A stretch of 54,793 nt of DNA, taken from the IMG/VR virus record IMGVR_UViG_3300012920_000001, positions 1 to 54,793 of that record; one strand, 5' to 3'. The notes under the pieces are model-generated. The model was not told where the DNA came from, did no database searches, and saw nothing but the letters and a program-made list of their open reading frames with translations. This DNA is from a virus (lineage: Duplodnaviria; Caudoviricetes). Made by a program: the position numbers and the translations under genes. Shown here one piece after another: positions 1 to 9,115 of the stretch (position 1 is its first letter; every line of letters starts with the position of its first letter).

Positions 1-123
1 CTTTCCGCGCCTCAACTTGGTGCCGATAGACTGCTTGCTGTATCACTTCTACTCCACTTGGATAGAACCCGAAGTACGGCACAATGTTTTCGGACACTAA
101 TCCTCAAGTTCGTTCTTTGTCTC
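1..123. repeat. Exact direct repeat of the contig end (54671-54793); circular assembly overlap
   Basis: ctttccgcgc...ttctttgtctc is identical at both ends; ORFs continue across the junction. Confidence 0.95.
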
Positions 124-276
124 TCCGTTTGCATTCTCATCCAGTTCCTTTCGAAGATCTTCCCTCGCTCTTTTTCTGATTAGCTCACCAGGCGTAAGGT
201 TCTTATCCTTATCGTTCTCAATGATTGCTTCCCACTGTTTTCGTAATTGTTCTGTTATTGTTTCTCGTTCGTCCAT
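97..276 (-). CDS. Hypothetical protein (about 59 aa)
   Basis: ATG at 276 preceded by ACGGAGA RBS; directly follows the primase gene. Confidence 0.6.
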   Translation of the reverse strand: MDERETITEQLRKQWEAIIENDKDKNLTPGELIRKRAREDLRKELDENANGETKNELED

Positions 277-289
277 AATCTTTTCTCCG

Positions 290-2404
290 TTAGAACGGCA
301 GATCCTCATCGTCTAATCTATCGTTGGTAATTTTTTGTTCGTTGATAAACAATCCGTGAGTCTGTCTACCCTTCTGATCTGGCAGTGGCACGTTCTCTAC
401 AATCCCCTCACCGATCAGGTGATCTATGGCCTCTGTCTTTCGAGACTGCGATCCTGATACACCGCCTTTGGTTGATGACAGCCGTTCATAATAGGAGCGA
501 GACTGACCCGGTTCTTTTCTAATCAACCGGACCAATGCGTCACATAATTCTTGTAACTTCTCATTGGCCTTGTTCAGCTTTGCCCTATCCTTGCTCGACT
601 TGCGTTCACCATCTTTGAGTGGACGGGCATAGGCGTGAGTGAAGTACAATATATCATCGTAACCCAGAACGTCCTTATGGTGTTCGCTGTTGGACACCAG
701 TGTAAACGTTAGCTCTTGATAGTCTGTGGGGAAACGCACTTTAGTCGCTTGCAAAATACGATCTTCTGTCTCAGAATCCCGGAACATAGTGTAAACGCCC
801 TGCGCATCTCCGGTCCATGCACTGGCACCCCGTGGAGATAACATATCGGACTCACCAGAACCCAATGCTTTGGCAGTGTGGGCTATAATTATGATGGGGA
901 ACCCATCGAAGTTTTCCTTCAAAGATGCCATGACTTTGCCAACTTCGCTGTTGTCATTTTCTGATTCGATATCAAACACACTGTTAGCCGTATCAAACAT
1001 AACCAATGGCAATGCGTGATAAGTTCCTCCGTCAGCCATTTCGTTTGGATAGGTCCACTCTCGATATTCGTCTGCTACTTGTGCTACGATGTCAGCTTTA
1101 AGCCTACGGGCTGGGATCACCTTCACTGAATCAAAGTCTTCCTGTCGTGCTCCGGTGTTACCAAACGTGGCTACACTGTAAATGATGCGCTGTACCTGAA
1201 CCACTGACTCAGTGATGATTATTACATTGCGACGAATGCTCGGTATTAACTCGTAGTCCACCGGATAAATATGAGCAACGCTTAACGCAAGTGGTATCGC
1301 CAAGGTTGTTTTACCTACACCCGGAGCACCTGCTAAGACATTTATGCCAGTAGACATAAAGTCGTTAAAGATGTATTCAAAAGTTGTGACGGAATGACTT
1401 CCTGATCCTTGGTCATTCTGAAGCGATAGCGGGTGGACTTCTTCCACCACTCCACGGCCTGTTGCCGACGAAGTCCATCCGTTGTCGATTGCTGAACGAA
1501 ATATAGATTTGAACGTGATACTATGAGGATGGTCCAGTACATCCCATTTTTTACGCGACGAACTGGCATCAAATTTGGGGGAGCGTGAACTCCAATCCAT
1601 CCAGACTGAATATCCGTTTTCGCCATATGGTTTTAACGCCATACCGACTTGGACCCATGTGTCATAGGGGTCTGAATCAATATAAGTTAGAGCTTCTCGG
1701 AGATCATCAAAGGTTTGTGCGGTCGCTACAGGCACCCCAGACTTCTCGACCATTTCATATGCTTCAGTCTTGGCTCGTGCTCTGTCGGATATAAACTTTG
1801 GCAACTCCGATGGTGTAACCGGATTGACACTAGCTATCGGTGACTGATTGTCTTTCCACTTGTACGGACCCAACTCACCCATGCTTGGGGCAACGACAAT
1901 GTATCCGTGGTGCTTCAAGTCTAGGCCCGGTCCAATGCTACTCGGATACGATGTGTTTTCCTCAGCCCTAAACAAACGATGCTCACCGCCTGATTGGGTG
2001 ACTGCTACACAGGTTGAATATAAAACTCCGTGCTCTTGCTCAATCTTTTCGAGCGTTGTGTCTCCACCGTTTCTAGGATCAATGTCTAAAGCAATGAGAC
2101 CGGAGTCTGCCAAGCTAATTCCAATATTTGCCGTTGGGTCAGTGCTGAACCAATCTCTAATCATATCTGGATTAGTTGTTGCGTCGAGATGACCCCGTGG
2201 AGTTAAATTACTTTGCGGGTGTTTACCCGGTTTATGACCCGGAGCATCGTTTGGCAATCCACACCGACACGTTCCGTCCTCGTGATTAATTCCCCACACT
2301 GGTAGAACCGCCCAACCTAAGTCGGCATACTGCAAAGCACAATCAAGCGTTGTTACTGGTTTATCTACGATCTTAAAGATATGTTTCTTTGGCGGTCTAC
2401 TCAT
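290..2404 (-). CDS. Bifunctional primase-polymerase with PriCT-2-like domain and C-terminal AAA/RecA-like helicase
   Basis: Prim-Pol motifs GWAVLP, CRC..GKHP, ANIG, LDIDPRNGG, TQSGGEH, GYIVVAPS; YDTWVQVGMAL..W..WS (PriCT-2); Walker A GAPGVGKT; HTAK..PRGASAW. Confidence 0.9.
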   Translation of the reverse strand: MSRPPKKHIFKIVDKPVTTLDCALQYADLGWAVLPVWGINHEDGTCRCGLPNDAPGHKPGKHPQSNLTPRGHLDATTNPDMIRDWFSTDPTANIGISLADSGLIALDIDPRNGGDTTLEKIEQEHGVLYSTCVAVTQSGGEHRLFRAEENTSYPSSIGPGLDLKHHGYIVVAPSMGELGPYKWKDNQSPIASVNPVTPSELPKFISDRARAKTEAYEMVEKSGVPVATAQTFDDLREALTYIDSDPYDTWVQVGMALKPYGENGYSVWMDWSSRSPKFDASSSRKKWDVLDHPHSITFKSIFRSAIDNGWTSSATGRGVVEEVHPLSLQNDQGSGSHSVTTFEYIFNDFMSTGINVLAGAPGVGKTTLAIPLALSVAHIYPVDYELIPSIRRNVIIITESVVQVQRIIYSVATFGNTGARQEDFDSVKVIPARRLKADIVAQVADEYREWTYPNEMADGGTYHALPLVMFDTANSVFDIESENDNSEVGKVMASLKENFDGFPIIIIAHTAKALGSGESDMLSPRGASAWTGDAQGVYTMFRDSETEDRILQATKVRFPTDYQELTFTLVSNSEHHKDVLGYDDILYFTHAYARPLKDGERKSSKDRAKLNKANEKLQELCDALVRLIRKEPGQSRSYYERLSSTKGGVSGSQSRKTEAIDHLIGEGIVENVPLPDQKGRQTHGLFINEQKITNDRLDDEDLPF

Positions 2405-4049
2405 CCCATATCTCCTTGATCACATTCCACCATGCTTTATTCCTCGGTGATCGTTTGAGTAAAACAAAATTAGGTCTTCGCGCATTCTTAATTTGGTAGG
2501 ATGCCGTGCGTGGGTTTGGCAACGGTAATCGAACTATCATTCTCCGTCTACGAAAAAATTCGTGCGCTCGATTATTTTGTCTAGAGTTACTCGTATCGAT
2601 AAATTGTGTAGCATCGATCCGAACTCCGTTTTCCGTCTCACACACATATTTCACTGTTATGTAGCTGACGTTTCCATTGACCCAACCTGAGCAGTCGTGA
2701 ACTTTGGCTTTGATGATTGACTCATCTGTAGCTAGTTCCCCCGTAAGGGGATCAATAATCTCCAACGTTTTGACACCGGGAAAAACTCGACGCTCTTTTT
2801 TGACGTGTGGCCTGACAGGAGTCTGAGCTTGCACAACATTTCCTGACTTTTCATCCTTATAGTTTGGCATCATCTGGACTCCACCCAGACGCATGAAATT
2901 CCCTACATAATCAAGCACCAGACAATCAGTCTTACCCTCAGCCAATCGTGTCCCACGGCCCATAATTTGAACCCAGAGACTTGAGGACAATGTCGGACGT
3001 AAACAAACGATGCAGTCGAGCCGTGGCAGATCAAACCCTGTAGTCAGCATATCCACCGACACGAGCGCATTTGATTTTCCTGATGTCACTCTTTCAAAAA
3101 TTTTATCGCGTTGGTCCTTTTTGTGATGACCGTAAACCTGACAACTCTTTCGGTTCGTATGTTCCCATAACAAATGTGCAAACCTCGTGGCTATCTTCAC
3201 CGAGGTGCAGTACACCGCAATAAACTTACGGTCCTCGAATTGATTGAGGGATTTTGCAACGGCAACCAACCAAGCATCATACTCTGCCCGATGCATGACC
3301 CTGTCTAATTCCATTTTATTGTAATCACCTTTTCCGGTGATAGTCACTTCATCGAGATTTAATTGAAGCTCCGAGTTGAGGCCCACCAGTGGTGCGAGGT
3401 AACCTTCCTCGACCCCTCGCTTTACATTATACTGAAAACTATTTCTATCAAACCAGTGACGATCACTGTTGCTGTCACTGCCAGTATCATCAGGGCTTCC
3501 ACTGCTACTATTTCCATCTGTTTTCTCCTTGCAAATTGGTCCGTTATCCATACGCCACGGAGTAGCTGTAAAGGCTACCCGTTGTGCTTCCGGATAAAGT
3601 TTAAAAATTTTTTCATATTGGCTTTTGCCTGACGGGGTCATCGGTACTCGATGGGCCTCATCAATAATGATAATGTCTGGTGAGGGGATGTCATATTGAT
3701 GGACGGTTTTGCGATAGGCATAATTCTCAACCGTCTGGATCGTCCCAAAAATAACTGATTCTTCGAAGTCCCAACGCCCTACTGGTCTCAACCCTGAGCA
3801 CACAACACCCGAACGGCACGCAAATTTGAAATGCTTTTCCCAAGTCGCGTGGTTTTGCTCTGTGAGTTTTAGATTGTGGGTCAGAACCCAAACTCTTTTC
3901 TTATATGTCGATACAAGTTTGGCAGCTAAATCACAAATGACAACTGACTTTCCAGTGCCAGTTGCCATCGTGATACACGGGTTATACCCTTGCTTGAGGT
4001 CTTCGATACAGGCTCGTGTCGCTTCAAGCTGATACTCTCGGAGCCTCAT
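2397..4049 (-). CDS. Superfamily 2 DNA helicase (YejH/RadD/UvsW-like)
   Basis: LREYQ, ATGTGKS, IIIDEAH, TATPWR, LTTGFDLP, QIMGRGTR, DYVGN motifs. Confidence 0.9.
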   Translation of the reverse strand: MRLREYQLEATRACIEDLKQGYNPCITMATGTGKSVVICDLAAKLVSTYKKRVWVLTHNLKLTEQNHATWEKHFKFACRSGVVCSGLRPVGRWDFEESVIFGTIQTVENYAYRKTVHQYDIPSPDIIIIDEAHRVPMTPSGKSQYEKIFKLYPEAQRVAFTATPWRMDNGPICKEKTDGNSSSGSPDDTGSDSNSDRHWFDRNSFQYNVKRGVEEGYLAPLVGLNSELQLNLDEVTITGKGDYNKMELDRVMHRAEYDAWLVAVAKSLNQFEDRKFIAVYCTSVKIATRFAHLLWEHTNRKSCQVYGHHKKDQRDKIFERVTSGKSNALVSVDMLTTGFDLPRLDCIVCLRPTLSSSLWVQIMGRGTRLAEGKTDCLVLDYVGNFMRLGGVQMMPNYKDEKSGNVVQAQTPVRPHVKKERRVFPGVKTLEIIDPLTGELATDESIIKAKVHDCSGWVNGNVSYITVKYVCETENGVRIDATQFIDTSNSRQNNRAHEFFRRRRMIVRLPLPNPRTASYQIKNARRPNFVLLKRSPRNKAWWNVIKEIWDE

Positions 4050-4240
4050 TCGGTTGAACCATCTCTAAGAGACGATATTGGTTTTACGGGTACTGGGTTT
4101 TTAAATTCCTCACGAAGTTGTCGGGCAAGCTCCAACACTTGCCCTCGTGAGCTAACAGGCACGACCACCTCTACCCTGACAAGACCCTTATCTTTTGAAG
4201 TAGCCCTATAATTTGAGTTGTAACCAGATTGCTTTTCCAT
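4046..4240 (-). CDS. Small putative DNA-binding protein (ribbon-helix-helix-like)
   Basis: GLVRVEVVVP strand followed by helix QVLELARQLRE; translationally coupled to the helicase. Confidence 0.5.
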   Translation of the reverse strand: MEKQSGYNSNYRATSKDKGLVRVEVVVPVSSRGQVLELARQLREEFKNPVPVKPISSLRDGSTE

Positions 4241-4241
4241 T

Positions 4242-4562
4242 TTAAAAATCCCTTTTTGCTAGTTGATACCAAAGTTCTCTACCGTAATCTTCACCCAATC
4301 GTCCTTCCAAAGCATCGTGAAAATTGTTGGAAGACTCATGCTTATTAAGTGCATGAAACGCACTCAATTCTTCAACGAGATTATAATCATCCTTGACAAA
4401 AAATCTCATGGCCTCAGTGATGAGCCAATCCATCACCTCGTGCCGAGGAATTTTATACGATGCACAAAAGTCATGGATGATTGGTAAAAGGTTGGGGCTG
4501 ATGTTGTTGAAAACATCAGCCTGAACAGTCACTGCCGAGGTAACTTTTGCAGACTTGCTCAT
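4242..4562 (-). CDS. Hypothetical protein
   Basis: Tightly packed ORF with GGAG RBS and TAATG coupling. Confidence 0.65.
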   Translation of the reverse strand: MSKSAKVTSAVTVQADVFNNISPNLLPIIHDFCASYKIPRHEVMDWLITEAMRFFVKDDYNLVEELSAFHALNKHESSNNFHDALEGRLGEDYGRELWYQLAKRDF

Positions 4563-4876
4563 TACGCAACTCCCTTCAAGTAATGAGTTGCCAACGCTGA
4601 CTCAGGTCTTACGACAATCGTCGTGACAGGCTTTTCAGTTGTGTGAGCCTGAAGAAACTGACGCGATACCTTTGCCTTGAGAGCTGCAATGTCAACGTTC
4701 TTACGATTGTGTGTGCGAACCTGAATGGTGCAACCGTGACCTGCGATGTCAATGTTGTCACCGCGAGACTTGAACTCTGCATGGAGTTCTTTCTTGCGTG
4801 CGTTAAGAGCTTTGAGTTGACCTTCGATGGCAAGTAACTCATCGGCGGCTGTGTAAAGATCAAATAAAGTTTCCAT
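4562..4876 (-). CDS. Hypothetical early protein
   Basis: ACGGAGA RBS; first gene after promoter P1. Confidence 0.75.
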   Translation of the reverse strand: METLFDLYTAADELLAIEGQLKALNARKKELHAEFKSRGDNIDIAGHGCTIQVRTHNRKNVDIAALKAKVSRQFLQAHTTEKPVTTIVVRPESALATHYLKGVA

Positions 4877-4913
4877 GTCGTTATCTCCGTTTTAAGTTAT
4901 AAGTTATACAAGT

Positions 4914-4942
4914 GTTATAGCACCTACTCCGGAAGTAGTCAA
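4914..4942 (-). promoter_or_regulatory. Sigma70-type promoter P1 with palindromic spacer element
   Basis: Minus strand TTGACT-17 nt (ACTTCCGGAGTAGGTGC)-TATAAC. Confidence 0.8.
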
Positions 4943-4946
4943 CACT

Positions 4947-4971
4947 AAAAAAGGGGCCGAAGCCCCTTTTT
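4947..4971 (-). terminator. Intrinsic terminator, potentially bidirectional
   Basis: Minus strand AAAAAGGGGC-TTCG-GCCCCTTTTTT: GC stem, UUCG tetraloop, U tract. Confidence 0.85.
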
Positions 4972-4990
4972 GTTAAATTGTTTCTCTCCC

Positions 4991-5434
4991 TCAATATTCT
5001 TTTTTGTGACCGAGCTTTTCATTTGCCATGTAGCCTTGATGATACTCGTTCAATTCAAAGTTGCTCATATCTTTTGGCAACACTGTCTCACGCTTATCAT
5101 CAATCCACTTATGGTAATGTGGACTGAATGGTCTTTGGTAGTAACTGTCTGCACCACCACGATCATAGGGTGACCCATGACCCCGAACCCATTCTTCAAG
5201 CCCCTCTCTTCTCGCGTCGTTGAATTTTTTCATACCTCGTTTTCCTTTTTTCTCGTGCCATTTTACAAGTGCTTCGCGTCTTCCAGTAGAATACTCTAGG
5301 TCGCAAATTTTCGAAGCGAAACCATCTGCCATTTCTATACACTGTTTTCGTTTTTCTTCGGTTGGTGCTGAGGCGCTAAGTTCTAACGCAAGAACAAAAG
5401 CCTCGTAATCATTCGTTGGTGCTTTGAATGTCAT
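4991..5434 (-). CDS. Hypothetical early protein, probably two fused domains
   Basis: Coupled to upstream ORF; C-terminal HGSPYDRGGADSYY..PH motif typical of small marine phage proteins. Confidence 0.7.
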   Translation of the reverse strand: MTFKAPTNDYEAFVLALELSASAPTEEKRKQCIEMADGFASKICDLEYSTGRREALVKWHEKKGKRGMKKFNDARREGLEEWVRGHGSPYDRGGADSYYQRPFSPHYHKWIDDKRETVLPKDMSNFELNEYHQGYMANEKLGHKKEY

Positions 5435-5661
5435 ATCGCAACCCTCTTAATTTGATTGAACTGTGTATTTAGCAACTTGTGTCTGTTACCCATTATGTCG
5501 CAAACGTGTGTCCACTTCCTTCCACTTTTGGCCCATATATTGCGATGCCCACAACCGATGCGTGGCAGTTCGTCTTTTAAATGCACCCCCATAAAAGTCG
5601 CGCCTTTTAAATTTTTGGGTGGTTTTTTTTCGAAAGGAAGTTTTGGCATTTTGAATTTCAT
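5431..5661 (-). CDS. Hypothetical early protein (start revised to ATG 5661)
   Basis: ACGGAGA RBS before ATG 5661; the longer track start lies inside promoter P2. Confidence 0.7.
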   Translation of the reverse strand: MKFKMPKLPFEKKPPKNLKGATFMGVHLKDELPRIGCGHRNIWAKSGRKWTHVCDIMGNRHKLLNTQFNQIKRVAI

Positions 5662-5689
5662 ATTCGTTCTCCGTTTTAAGTTATCCCTA

Positions 5690-5718
5690 ATCGTACCACT
5701 ACTCCGGAGTAGTGTCAA
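5690..5718 (-). promoter_or_regulatory. Sigma70-type promoter P2 with perfect 18-bp palindrome
   Basis: Minus strand TTGACA-17 nt-TACGAT; CACTACTCCGGAGTAGTG palindrome at 5697-5714. Confidence 0.8.
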
Positions 5719-6001
5719 ACAAATTTACAACTTTTAATTCAGCGACCTGACGATTCGATCCCAAATTTCTAATTGTTCGGATGCAACCGTCGATGGTGTA
5801 ATCACCGTTAAGAAAATTTTTGACGGTCTGAATCAGATCACCCTTCGTGCCGATCATCAACTCTTGGACGATGGAGTCAAGGGGCATCCCCAACTCCAAC
5901 GCCTCAGCCCGTGCCTCAGCAACCGTATCAAACCAACGGGTGTCGTTTGCCATGTCAAACCCACTCCGCATTTTGTTCTCAATTACCCTGTACATTCTCA
6001 T
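5699..6001 (-). CDS. Hypothetical early protein
   Basis: ATGA overlap with upstream gene; stop lies in the P2 palindrome. Confidence 0.65.
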   Translation of the reverse strand: MRMYRVIENKMRSGFDMANDTRWFDTVAEARAEALELGMPLDSIVQELMIGTKGDLIQTVKNFLNGDYTIDGCIRTIRNLGSNRQVAELKVVNLFDTTPE

Positions 6002-6495
6002 GCCGCTAACCTCGCTTTGTTTGTGTTGACCAATTCTCTTCGCAAAATCCGGTAGATCCTTTGCCAGTTCTGACCGTGAGGTGTGTTGTCACCATTACGC
6101 AACCACCGTGTAGTATCCCAATAGTTGTAGTGAATCATGTGAGCCACTTCATGCGCTACCGTCAGCATCAATGCATCCTCTGGCGTTGCAAACTCCATTT
6201 CTCCGATCACGGGATCATTTTTAATCCGAGCATACTCATGGACGAATGTGTCACCCTTGCGAAATCGAGCAACGTCGATGCATACATAATTTTCGCCGCC
6301 ATAAGATCGCTGACCTTTACATTTAATTTTGAGGTACAACTTATCCCAGACATCAGCCATTGTGAGACGCTTGGAATTTGGCCCCGTGATCTCCCACTTG
6401 GCTTTTACAATCTCCTTGATGCATTTTTTGGTAAGGCGTTTCACCAAGTCGCGTTCCGCAGTGGTGACGTTTTTAGACTTCTTGATCAATCCCAT
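5998..6495 (-). CDS. SprT-like zincin metallopeptidase-domain protein
   Basis: TVAHEVAH (HExxH) followed by HGQNWQ, matching SprT-like HExxH...HGxxW; ACGGAGA RBS. Confidence 0.7.
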   Translation of the reverse strand: MGLIKKSKNVTTAERDLVKRLTKKCIKEIVKAKWEITGPNSKRLTMADVWDKLYLKIKCKGQRSYGGENYVCIDVARFRKGDTFVHEYARIKNDPVIGEMEFATPEDALMLTVAHEVAHMIHYNYWDTTRWLRNGDNTPHGQNWQRIYRILRRELVNTNKARLAA

Positions 6496-6534
6496 ATCGG
6501 GTCTCCGTTACAGTTATAAGTTCTCGTTATTCTT

Positions 6535-6565
6535 ATAGTATTACATTTTCCGGAGTAGATGTCAA
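6535..6565 (-). promoter_or_regulatory. Sigma70-type promoter P3 with partial palindromic element
   Basis: Minus strand TTGACA-TCTACTCCGGAAAATG-TAATACTAT; -10 register ambiguous. Confidence 0.65.
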
Positions 6566-6619
6566 GTCCTGGGTTAACCTATTGATTTTAAACACTTTTT
6601 TTGGCCTAAAAAATAGGTG

Positions 6620-6649
6620 TTGACAAAAAATGCAAATTATTTCTATTTT
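6620..6649 (+). promoter_or_regulatory. Candidate rightward promoter for the replication operon
   Basis: TTGACA at 6620-6625, TATTTT 18 nt downstream; AT-rich divergent intergenic region. Confidence 0.5.
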
Positions 6650-6655
6650 TAGTCT

Positions 6656-6753
6656 CCATCTCAGTATCCCAGAGCTTGGTCCGACGAGTTCTGGGGTACA
6701 AGATGGGCTCATATTACTTCCAAATACTCCCCAGAGGCTGCAACTTCTGGGGA
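6656..6753 (+). other. Twin stem-loops (structured leader RNA or origin element)
   Basis: Hairpin 6656-6706 and hairpin 6728-6753 both contain CCCAGAG...TTCTGGGG with G-U pairs. Confidence 0.6.
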
Positions 6754-6776
6754 ACCTTTATAACTGAGAACTAATA

Positions 6777-6962
6777 ATGAATAATATGTACGGAACAATT
6801 TTTCTAGCGTTGGTGTTGGTACTCTTTTACCTAGCCGTGCATTCCTATTTTTTTACCGAAGATTTAGCCTTTAACTTTCAGGAGTTCGAGCATTATTGCT
6901 ATATGGTTAATCAAGGGGCATGGCCTGACTACAAACGGCTAGGCGCGGAGTGTACGCCATGA
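6777..6962 (+). CDS. Small membrane protein
   Basis: N-terminal hydrophobic helix; ATGA overlap with the polymerase start. Confidence 0.6.
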   Translation: MNNMYGTIFLALVLVLFYLAVHSYFFTEDLAFNFQEFEHYCYMVNQGAWPDYKRLGAECTP

Positions 6963-8779
6963 GCACTTGGGTATTTGATGTTGAGGTCTATCCTAACTGC
7001 ACGTTATTTCTAGCTAAGTGTATTGAGACAAATGAACGGCAGTCGATCTGGCACAGTGAGTCTGGGTCAGCTACTCGGTTGCGTGTATTCGTCGGTGACA
7101 AAGATAAAACGTTTGTAGGTTTCAATAGCTATCATTATGACAGTGTTATTGTTTCTGCTTGGTGTAAAGGCTTAGACACCGAGACAATCAAACGAATAAG
7201 TGACGCAATTATCGTTGAAGGTATTTCCTCGTTCCAAATCAAAACCGAATATAAACTGAACGATGTCTTAAACGATCACATTGATTTGATTGAAGTTGCA
7301 CCAAGTTTTGTCGGGCTTAAAGCCTATGGAGCACGAATGAATATGCCGATGCTCCAAGATCTACCCTATGATCCCAATGCAGATTTAGACGATGACCAAC
7401 AAAATATTTTGGAGTCATATTGCCTTAATGACATAGCAACGACCGAGCAATTATTCAAACGACTGGAACCGGAGCTAGAACTTCGACTGCAAATGTCGAA
7501 GCAATATGGCATCGACCTCCGAAGCAAGTCAGATAGTCAAATGGCTGAACAAGCATTTAAAAAAACGTTGAAATTGAAATCTTATGAAGTGCCAATTCCA
7601 AACTCGATCACCTACGATCCACCGGAATATCTCAAAATGGACTTTGCAGGCACGCAATCTGTTTTAGAAGATATTGCTGACATGAAATTTTATGTCGATA
7701 AAAAGTCCGGTCATGTTAAAATGCCTGACAGTTTGGATAAATTAGAAGTCTATACACGGACGGGAAGTTATAAGCTTGGCATCGGGGGATTGCATTCGAC
7801 CCATGATAAACGGGTTACTCACCTCGCACGCGACGAATTAATCTACGAGATCGATGCGGCCAGTTTTTATCCAACGATTATTCTTAACGGAAATCTATCA
7901 CCATCGCACATCGGGGATCGTTTCATTAACGAGTATCGTCGTATCTATGATGAACGTATCCAAGCAAAAAGCAAAGGTGATAAGGTTACGGCAGACACTT
8001 TAAAAATTAGTTTGAATGGCACCTTTGGTAAGTTAGCTAGTCCTCATAGCATCCTGTATGCTCCAGACCTTATGTTAGCTGTCACAATGACAGGACAATT
8101 TACTTTGTTGATGCTCATTGAAATGTTAGAGCGCGAAGGTGTTACCGTGCTATCTGCAAACACTGATGGTATCGTAATTCGTGTTGCAGACTATAATGAA
8201 CAAAGCGTCCGGTGGTGCGTGCAAGAATTTGAAGAGTTGAGTGGTTTTACTTTTGAATATACACCATACGAAAAAATTGCGTTTAAAGATGTTAACAACT
8301 ACATCGCAGTCAAAAAAGACAAAACAGTTAAGGCCAAAGGCATTTACGCTCCGGTGTCATTGCGAAAAAATCCCACTGCCCCAGTGTGTGCTTATGCTGT
8401 AGGTCAGTGGCTTGCCCGTGGCACGAGCTTTGAGCGAACCATAGAAAAGGCTTCATTTGATATGTTCATCACTGCCAGAAACGTAGCTGGTGGTGGGGTA
8501 CAAGGTGGTAAATATTTGGGCAAGGTTGTCCGGTGGTATCAGTCAAACAAAACAACAGACCCGATTCTGTACGCAAAAAATAATAATAAAGTTCCAAAGT
8601 CAGACGGAGCACAAGCTTGTATGCACGTTGTTCCGAGTGATTGGTCAGAAAAGCCTGACGATTTGGATACACAGTGGTACATCAACGAATGCATCGACAT
8701 AGCACATAATATCGGTGCCGAGCACTTTCTTGATGTGACAGAAATTTTCATGGCAAATTTTGGAGTTAGAAATGGCTAA
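6959..8779 (+). CDS. DNA polymerase, family B-like, with 3'-5' exonuclease
   Basis: Exo motifs FDVE, GFNSYHYD, YCLND; polymerase motifs DAASFYP, KISLNGTFGK, SANTDG. Confidence 0.85.
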   Translation: MSTWVFDVEVYPNCTLFLAKCIETNERQSIWHSESGSATRLRVFVGDKDKTFVGFNSYHYDSVIVSAWCKGLDTETIKRISDAIIVEGISSFQIKTEYKLNDVLNDHIDLIEVAPSFVGLKAYGARMNMPMLQDLPYDPNADLDDDQQNILESYCLNDIATTEQLFKRLEPELELRLQMSKQYGIDLRSKSDSQMAEQAFKKTLKLKSYEVPIPNSITYDPPEYLKMDFAGTQSVLEDIADMKFYVDKKSGHVKMPDSLDKLEVYTRTGSYKLGIGGLHSTHDKRVTHLARDELIYEIDAASFYPTIILNGNLSPSHIGDRFINEYRRIYDERIQAKSKGDKVTADTLKISLNGTFGKLASPHSILYAPDLMLAVTMTGQFTLLMLIEMLEREGVTVLSANTDGIVIRVADYNEQSVRWCVQEFEELSGFTFEYTPYEKIAFKDVNNYIAVKKDKTVKAKGIYAPVSLRKNPTAPVCAYAVGQWLARGTSFERTIEKASFDMFITARNVAGGGVQGGKYLGKVVRWYQSNKTTDPILYAKNNNKVPKSDGAQACMHVVPSDWSEKPDDLDTQWYINECIDIAHNIGAEHFLDVTEIFMANFGVRNG

Positions 8780-9086
8780 AGTTTATATTGTCCAAGCTCA
8801 CAATAATAAGGATATGTCGGATGCCAAACGACACGGAGAACTACACGTTTTATACCCCAACCACATACATCGACCATACGACACTGATTACCTGACAGGC
8901 GTTGCTCATACTCAATTGAGGGATTTTTGTGAGGATGATTTTTTACTGCTACTCGGTGATCCCGCTATTTGTGGGATGGTAACCAAAGTGGCATCTGAGT
9001 ATTCCCCAGTGGTACGGATGCTAAGTTGGAACCGGATCAAACAAGAGTATCACGAGGTAGCATGGGATTTTGCAGATGCGGATTGA
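8772..9086 (+). CDS. Conserved hypothetical phage protein
   Basis: GGAG RBS; KVYIVQ..D...A..HG...DFLLLLGDP pattern. Confidence 0.7.
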   Translation: MAKVYIVQAHNNKDMSDAKRHGELHVLYPNHIHRPYDTDYLTGVAHTQLRDFCEDDFLLLLGDPAICGMVTKVASEYSPVVRMLSWNRIKQEYHEVAWDFADAD

Positions 9087-9115
9087 CAACCGCTTATTTC
9101 ATAAAGGAGAAAAAA

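Noticed and set aside
1-123. 123-bp terminal repeat as a biological direct terminal repeat
   Set aside because: It cuts through coding sequence and its length fits an assembler overlap; treated as circularity evidence only.
5150-5170. YDRGG in an early protein as a GG tag
   Set aside because: Part of a longer HGSPYDRGxADSYY motif in an early gene; counts as background.
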